A stretch of 64,000 bases of DNA from Chlorokybus atmophyticus (taxonomy: Eukaryota > Plantae > Mesostigma and Chlorokybus algae): the NCBI GenBank assembly GCA_009103225.1, contig RHPI01003533.1, positions 153,474 to 217,473 on the forward strand, in the 5' to 3' direction. A program made the translations under genes and the position numbers. Position 1 is the first letter of the stretch. Every line of letters starts with the position of its first letter. The notes under the pieces are model-generated. The model was not told where the DNA came from and made no database searches. It was given only the letters and a program-made list of their open reading frames with translations. This document shows, piece after piece, positions 59,425 to 64,000 of this stretch.

Positions 59425-61968
59425 TCAGGCGTGGCGACCAAAACGGGTGAGGTTGCTTGCAGAATGGACACGCTTGTAACTTCTTTGATTTATTTGCCAC
59501 AGTCTTCTGATGTTTTTTGATGCAGACATGGCACATCGCTTTCTTGCAACAGGGCGTCTCCCCATCCGCTGGGGGGGGGGTGGCTCTTCAATGCGACAAA
59601 TCAGCACACATGGTGCACGCGGGTGTGCAAGCTGCCTCTGCCACCAAACTCTGTTATCGCGTCGCAGGCGTAGCGACTCCCATCTAAATGGCGCAGCATA
59701 ACGCTCCACTGCCTGCTCGATCACCTGACGCCCATCTGCCGCCATACACCACCTGCTGGTCTTGGTGGTCTCGTCCAGCATGCGTTCATCCAGGCCCTCG
59801 ACATGGCTGTCGTCACTCGTGTACTCCCCCGCATCGTCATTTTCTTCGAGCTTCCACAGAATCAGCTCGACGTGCCGTATGACATACAGCCACTGCCAGC
59901 CAAAGCATGCCAAGTACAGCTCGAATGGTTTTACTTGCCACCCAGTATGTTTGCTCAGGTAGTGGCACACATCTCGACCCGCAGTAGTCGACATCGACAG
60001 GTACATCTGCTGCAGGTCGAAGTTCTGCTCCGCAGATAGCTCTTGCACATTGCCGGGGTGCTGCGGCAGCAACAACACCATCATATCGAGGACGGCAAGG
60101 GGCAACAACGTATTACGGATGGCCATATCGTGTATGGGTTCCAACCACGGCCAATCCCCAGAGGTCTGTTTAGACCGCATTCTCCGCGTTTGCTCCCACT
60201 TATTGCAAACTTTCGTCACCCACCTCGAGGCATGCCGCATGCGGTGATGCAGCGCGTCTTGGGCGTACTGTAGGGTGATCAACTCCTTTGCACTACGAGT
60301 CAGCCCCTCAAAGCGTCTGCGCGTCGGTGCTTTGAGCTTAGGCAGCTCGTGCCGCACCAGCTGTCTCTTTGGACGATGCTGAGCAGCTACTTGACGCTGT
60401 AAACCCGCCTGTGCCTACTCAGGACACACAGTCAGCCCCAGTGAGGCTTCAAGGCGCTGTGCTTCTTTTAATGTTGTAACGATGCCTCACCTTTCTTTTT
60501 TTGGTCCTGTCAGCGTCCTTTGTTCCAACAACCTTCTTCTTCTTTTTTTGTCACCCTGCACATCCTGGCAGGCGCTCTCCGTGGCACTGTCACTCGGAGG
60601 AGGTAAGGCGTTATCTTCTTGCTCCACAGCCTTGCGCTTGTTGGTTGCCTCCCGTTCCTCCACGACCTCATGTTGCTTAATGAGGTCGAGCATGAAGCCT
60701 TTGTCTTTCAGCGCAGCTTTCAGGACACCTCGATCAATCTCTTTACCAACAAGACAGGCTGAGATCAATGTGGCAAGCTTAGAGGGAGAGGGCGAGCTAC
60801 AGCTGCTTCTTGATGGAGATGCCTTCAGATGGTCAGAGTGCGGTGGCAAGTGAGTCTCCGCGGCAGGAAGGGAGGGTGCTGAATTGGGATTGCGAGCATG
60901 TGGCTGTGGTTGAGGGGAGGCAGGATGTGCAGAACACTCGGCTACTTCTTGCCTAGCGCACGAAGGCGAGGCCTGAGGCGTTGGCGCAGCACTCTGGGTC
61001 ACAGCCGGTGGTAGCGGGGAATTGGCAACGCCATTCCGCCACTCTCCGATCAGGTGTGTTACCTCCGGTGGCACTTCATGCATAGGCCACGACCACTGTT
61101 CGGTGCTTGCAGGCTTGAGGAGCCAAAAGTGTGCTTCTGGCTCATCAGGAGCAGTGTTGCCCACCACCAGGACTAAGTTGGGGGCTTCTTTATTTCCAAC
61201 CCAAAGTGCGCTGCCGGGCCGTGGCACCCACTCCCCATGCTCGCGCTGAACGGTCACGCAGCCAATCAACAAGCCCAGCTTGTTGGCAAACATGGTCATC
61301 TGCAGGTGCTCGACGTACACATCTTTTCTCCGCACGATCTGTCGCACCTTGGCCATGGCTAGGTCAATGTTGCAGTTGATATCAGCCAACATGGTCGCAG
61401 GCAGTTTGTCGTAATACTGCGCCATCTCTCCCGCGGCATCAGTGGCTCTGCAGAAGTCTAGGATATTGCTCGCCACGCCTGCATCGACAGCCTTGGCGGT
61501 GATTTTGCGGAGAGTGTGCCCCCTGCCGTCGTCGTCCATGGTGTCCAGCATGGCCCAAAATCTGCTCGAGCTGGGGCACTTGTGATCATCCAGGACACTT
61601 TGCGCTATGGATGGCCTGGCGCGAAATACACAATGGTAGAAGCAATTACCATCCGTTGGCGCATTGAAGTGGTCCCATGAGGCGAGCTGGCCACCTAGCA
61701 TGACTGATGGCCGTATGCGGATTGCGGCCAGCTCCTCTGATACCTCGCTGGCAGGTGGTGACCCCTGCTGCATGCGCATACAGCACTCACATGGTGTGTC
61801 AAACTGTGGACGGCAAGAGTCACAGTGACTGATAAAGTACCTGAGTTTGGGGCAGACTGCCGGCTTCAACTTGCAGCGGGTGGGGTAAGGTAGGTGCAGA
61901 AGCCACATCGGTTGTTGCATTGTGCTGTGGTCTCGCCGGTGGCGGCAAGAAGGATTGTTGCCCCGCAA
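59425..61968 (-). CDS. Large protein with an OTU-like cysteine protease domain; likely spliced to the 59425-60357 ORF; 5' exons may reach about 63430
   Basis: FNAPTDGNCFYHCVFRA (OTU Asp-Gly-Asn-Cys), YVEHLQMTMFANKLGLLIGCV, EAHFWLL (His). Donor AAAG|GTGAG near 60490 and an acceptor near 60400 lead into an open 310-aa frame. Confidence 0.7.
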
Positions 61969-63480
61969 TCACCGGTGCTGCTCGTGGAGGAGATGGCAGT
62001 GCACGAAGGACTGGTGCCGCGGAAGGTGGTTGCGCTCTGGCTGGGAGGGGAGCAGGAGCTGCAGGTGAGACCACTTGTGCATGCAGCAAGGGGGGCTGTA
62101 TACAGGACCCAGGATAAGATGGCTCACAATGTTGCAAAGGACGAAGATAAGCTTATGCAGTGCCTGACGCATTGTTACCAAGGCACGAGCATAAAAGACA
62201 GCGACTTACTTCAATGGCCCGTGGGCTACATGGAGCAGGGGAAGCCATGGGGGCTGACAAGGTGGTATTAGCTGCACTCTCCCCACCACCCTCGATGGCA
62301 GACTCGTCACGGAGCTCTTAAGCCATGGGCACATCATGCGCCACTGCCCCAATGGACATGTCGGGATTCAACAGGCCAACATGCATGTTAAACTGATGCC
62401 GCATTGCCGCCGCGCCCATCAGCAAGTGGGATTGAAGGACCAGTTGATGGGATTGAATCCAGGCTTGCATAGGAGCTCCAACAGGACTTAGTGCACTGTG
62501 GTGCTGTCAACCAATCACATGTGGGTTAGCTGCATGCTTGCGACACAGCAATTGCAATAGTCAACTGTGTCACACCGTCATCAGTTGGTTGCTTCGAACA
62601 GTCACCTGCGGCTTGCTGGTTGATGCACGAATGATTGCATGGACTGCGTCATTGCTGATTGATGCACTATTGGTTGAATGCCGGACGAATGGCCACGCGC
62701 TCCTGTGCTCAAACCCAGCCTACTTTGTTCGGTACGCGCGCGCGACTTCGCACGCTCACGCACATCCTAGCATGCAAAGGTAGGCATGCATTCGAGCCGA
62801 CATTGCAGTCAACATGCACAGCGAGATTGGCAACAACATACCGCCGCCCAGCTCTGTCTATCTGCTCTTGCTTCCGCAATGTCGGCTTGACTGTAGGGTG
62901 GGTATGGGTGAATAGTGGAGGCCTGCAGCCACGCTACATATATCACATGGACTGCGCTAAAAAACAAATTGCTCTTGCAAGGAAATGCATGTGACTGTTG
63001 AGCGTACCTCTGCATTCCTTTGTGCTTGTTCCCACAGCCGCAGCTGGTCCCGCATGGTTCTGACAAGGGGCTCCAAGGACTGCAGCTCCTGATCCACTCC
63101 CTGTTGCAGAAAGCGAGCCACCAAGCAGCTCTCGATGTGAAGATGGTCTTTAATGGCTTGCCTGCTGGTTTGTCCAATGTTGGTGATGTATGTTGGACAG
63201 CCCCATTGCTAACGCCTGCCATGATCCATGACGTGGCGACCGGTAGTAGCTGGCTTCGCTGCTTGAACTCTTACGACCACAACTTCTCGCAAGATGTGCC
63301 ACGCCGCCGCCGCCGCCGCCTCCTCCAACTCCTGGTCCTCCGCCTCCTAGTCGAACCCAGGCCCATCAAGCCTGACATTCGACCCGTCATCGACCTGGTG
63401 CCCCTGCGTGTTATCATCCGGCCATCAATGAAGCGTGTTTGGGTGAGTGCATGCTAACTCCCATTTGGGCTGATCGAGCA

Positions 63481-63640
63481 ATGCCTCTGTCGTACCATGG
63501 ATGGTACGACAGAGCCATTGTACGGCAATCGCTGGGGTTGGACGAGAGATGCCTCTGTCGTACCATAAATGTTACGACACAACCATTGGTAACAATGGTT
63601 GTACGAAGCATGCATGGCACGAATGCATAAGTCGTACCAT
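63481..63640. repeat. ATGGTAC/GTACCAT cluster 3 (4 copies)
   Basis: Hairpin with 14-bp arms CTCTGTCGTACCAT-GG-ATGGTACGACAGAG at 63485-63514; 18-bp direct repeat ATGCCTCTGTCGTACCAT at 63481 and 63549; another copy at 63634. Confidence 0.9.
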
Positions 63641-63822
63641 CAACCATAGGAGCAAGGACGCACTACAAGTGCGACTCTAGTGCGGGACTCTAGACGTTCA
63701 AAACCGCCTCATTTTCGTTTTCGCGCCTCATACATTCGGGCGGGCCAACCGGCGGCGGCAGCGTTGGAGGCGGCAGCGCCACTTACAGCTAAACAGGCGG
63801 CACCCGACTATCAGTTGGAGAG

Positions 63823-64000
63823 ATGCCTCGTGGTCCATCCGTAAGTGCACCTCGTCGTGGAGGTCGGCGCCAGTTGTCCACATTGCCCCCAGTGTTCAAC
63901 CAGGCAACCGTCGCCAACCAATCGCAGCAAGACCCCGCGCTAACGCCCAGCACATCACAACAACTCCACCTGACACCGCAGTCGCAAGGGCAAGCTAGAC
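63823..64000 (+). CDS. Start of an ORF running off the window
   Basis: MPRGPSVSAPRRGGRRQLSTLPPVFNQ... stays open to base 64000; too short to identify. Confidence 0.3.
   Translation, partial: MPRGPSVSAPRRGGRRQLSTLPPVFNQATVANQSQQDPALTPSTSQQLHLTPQSQGQAR

Larger units (their letters stand above)
53480..63640. mobile_element. Putative cargo-carrying Plavaka DNA transposon (transposase, Tudor-C5 methyltransferase, OTU protease); true ends not determined
   Basis: Plavaka transposase with two non-housekeeping genes, short introns unlike host introns, and the same palindromic motif in three intergenic clusters. Confidence 0.65.

Noticed and set aside
55843-63349. TAG reassigned to Gln as an explanation for in-frame stops in the element
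   Set aside because: Host genes AUH and TIC40 end at TAG at their expected C-termini.
63661-63682. CACTACAAG, matching the start of the En/Spm (CACTA) terminal repeat, with TAGTG shortly after
   Set aside because: A 9-mer is expected about 0.5 times by chance in this window. Pairing CACTA at 53344 with TAGTG at 63678 gives no further TIR identity and no 3-bp TSD (GCC vs CGG).

Overview
Intron-rich eukaryotic DNA from a flagellated green alga. Evidence: plastid TIC40, flagellar SPEF1, GT-AG introns full of TGCA/CA repeats. The species cannot be determined from sequence alone. Bases 1-49,000 hold spliced host genes: a small RGG protein, an AUH-like enoyl-CoA hydratase, a TLC-like membrane protein, TIC40, a TenA thiamine-salvage enzyme, a bacterial-type ExeM/NucH secreted nuclease (with an inverted, decayed partial duplicate), a frameshifted NELF-C/D homologue, a secreted LRR-extensin-PAN protein, SPEF1 and a five-AP2-domain protein. 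At about 49.8-51.5 kb lies a decayed Ty3/gypsy end (integrase-PHD finger plus LTR-like repeats). The most striking region is about 52.4-64 kb. It contains a Plavaka-family DNA transposase next to a Zn-finger/Tudor-fused, phage-like C5-cytosine DNA methyltransferase gene and an OTU-like cysteine protease gene. The spacers between these genes carry clustered ATGGTAC/GTACCAT palindromes. This looks like a cargo-carrying transposon with its own chromatin toolkit (reader, writer, deubiquitinase). All family assignments come from recognising motifs by eye; no database search was run, and exon boundaries are approximate.
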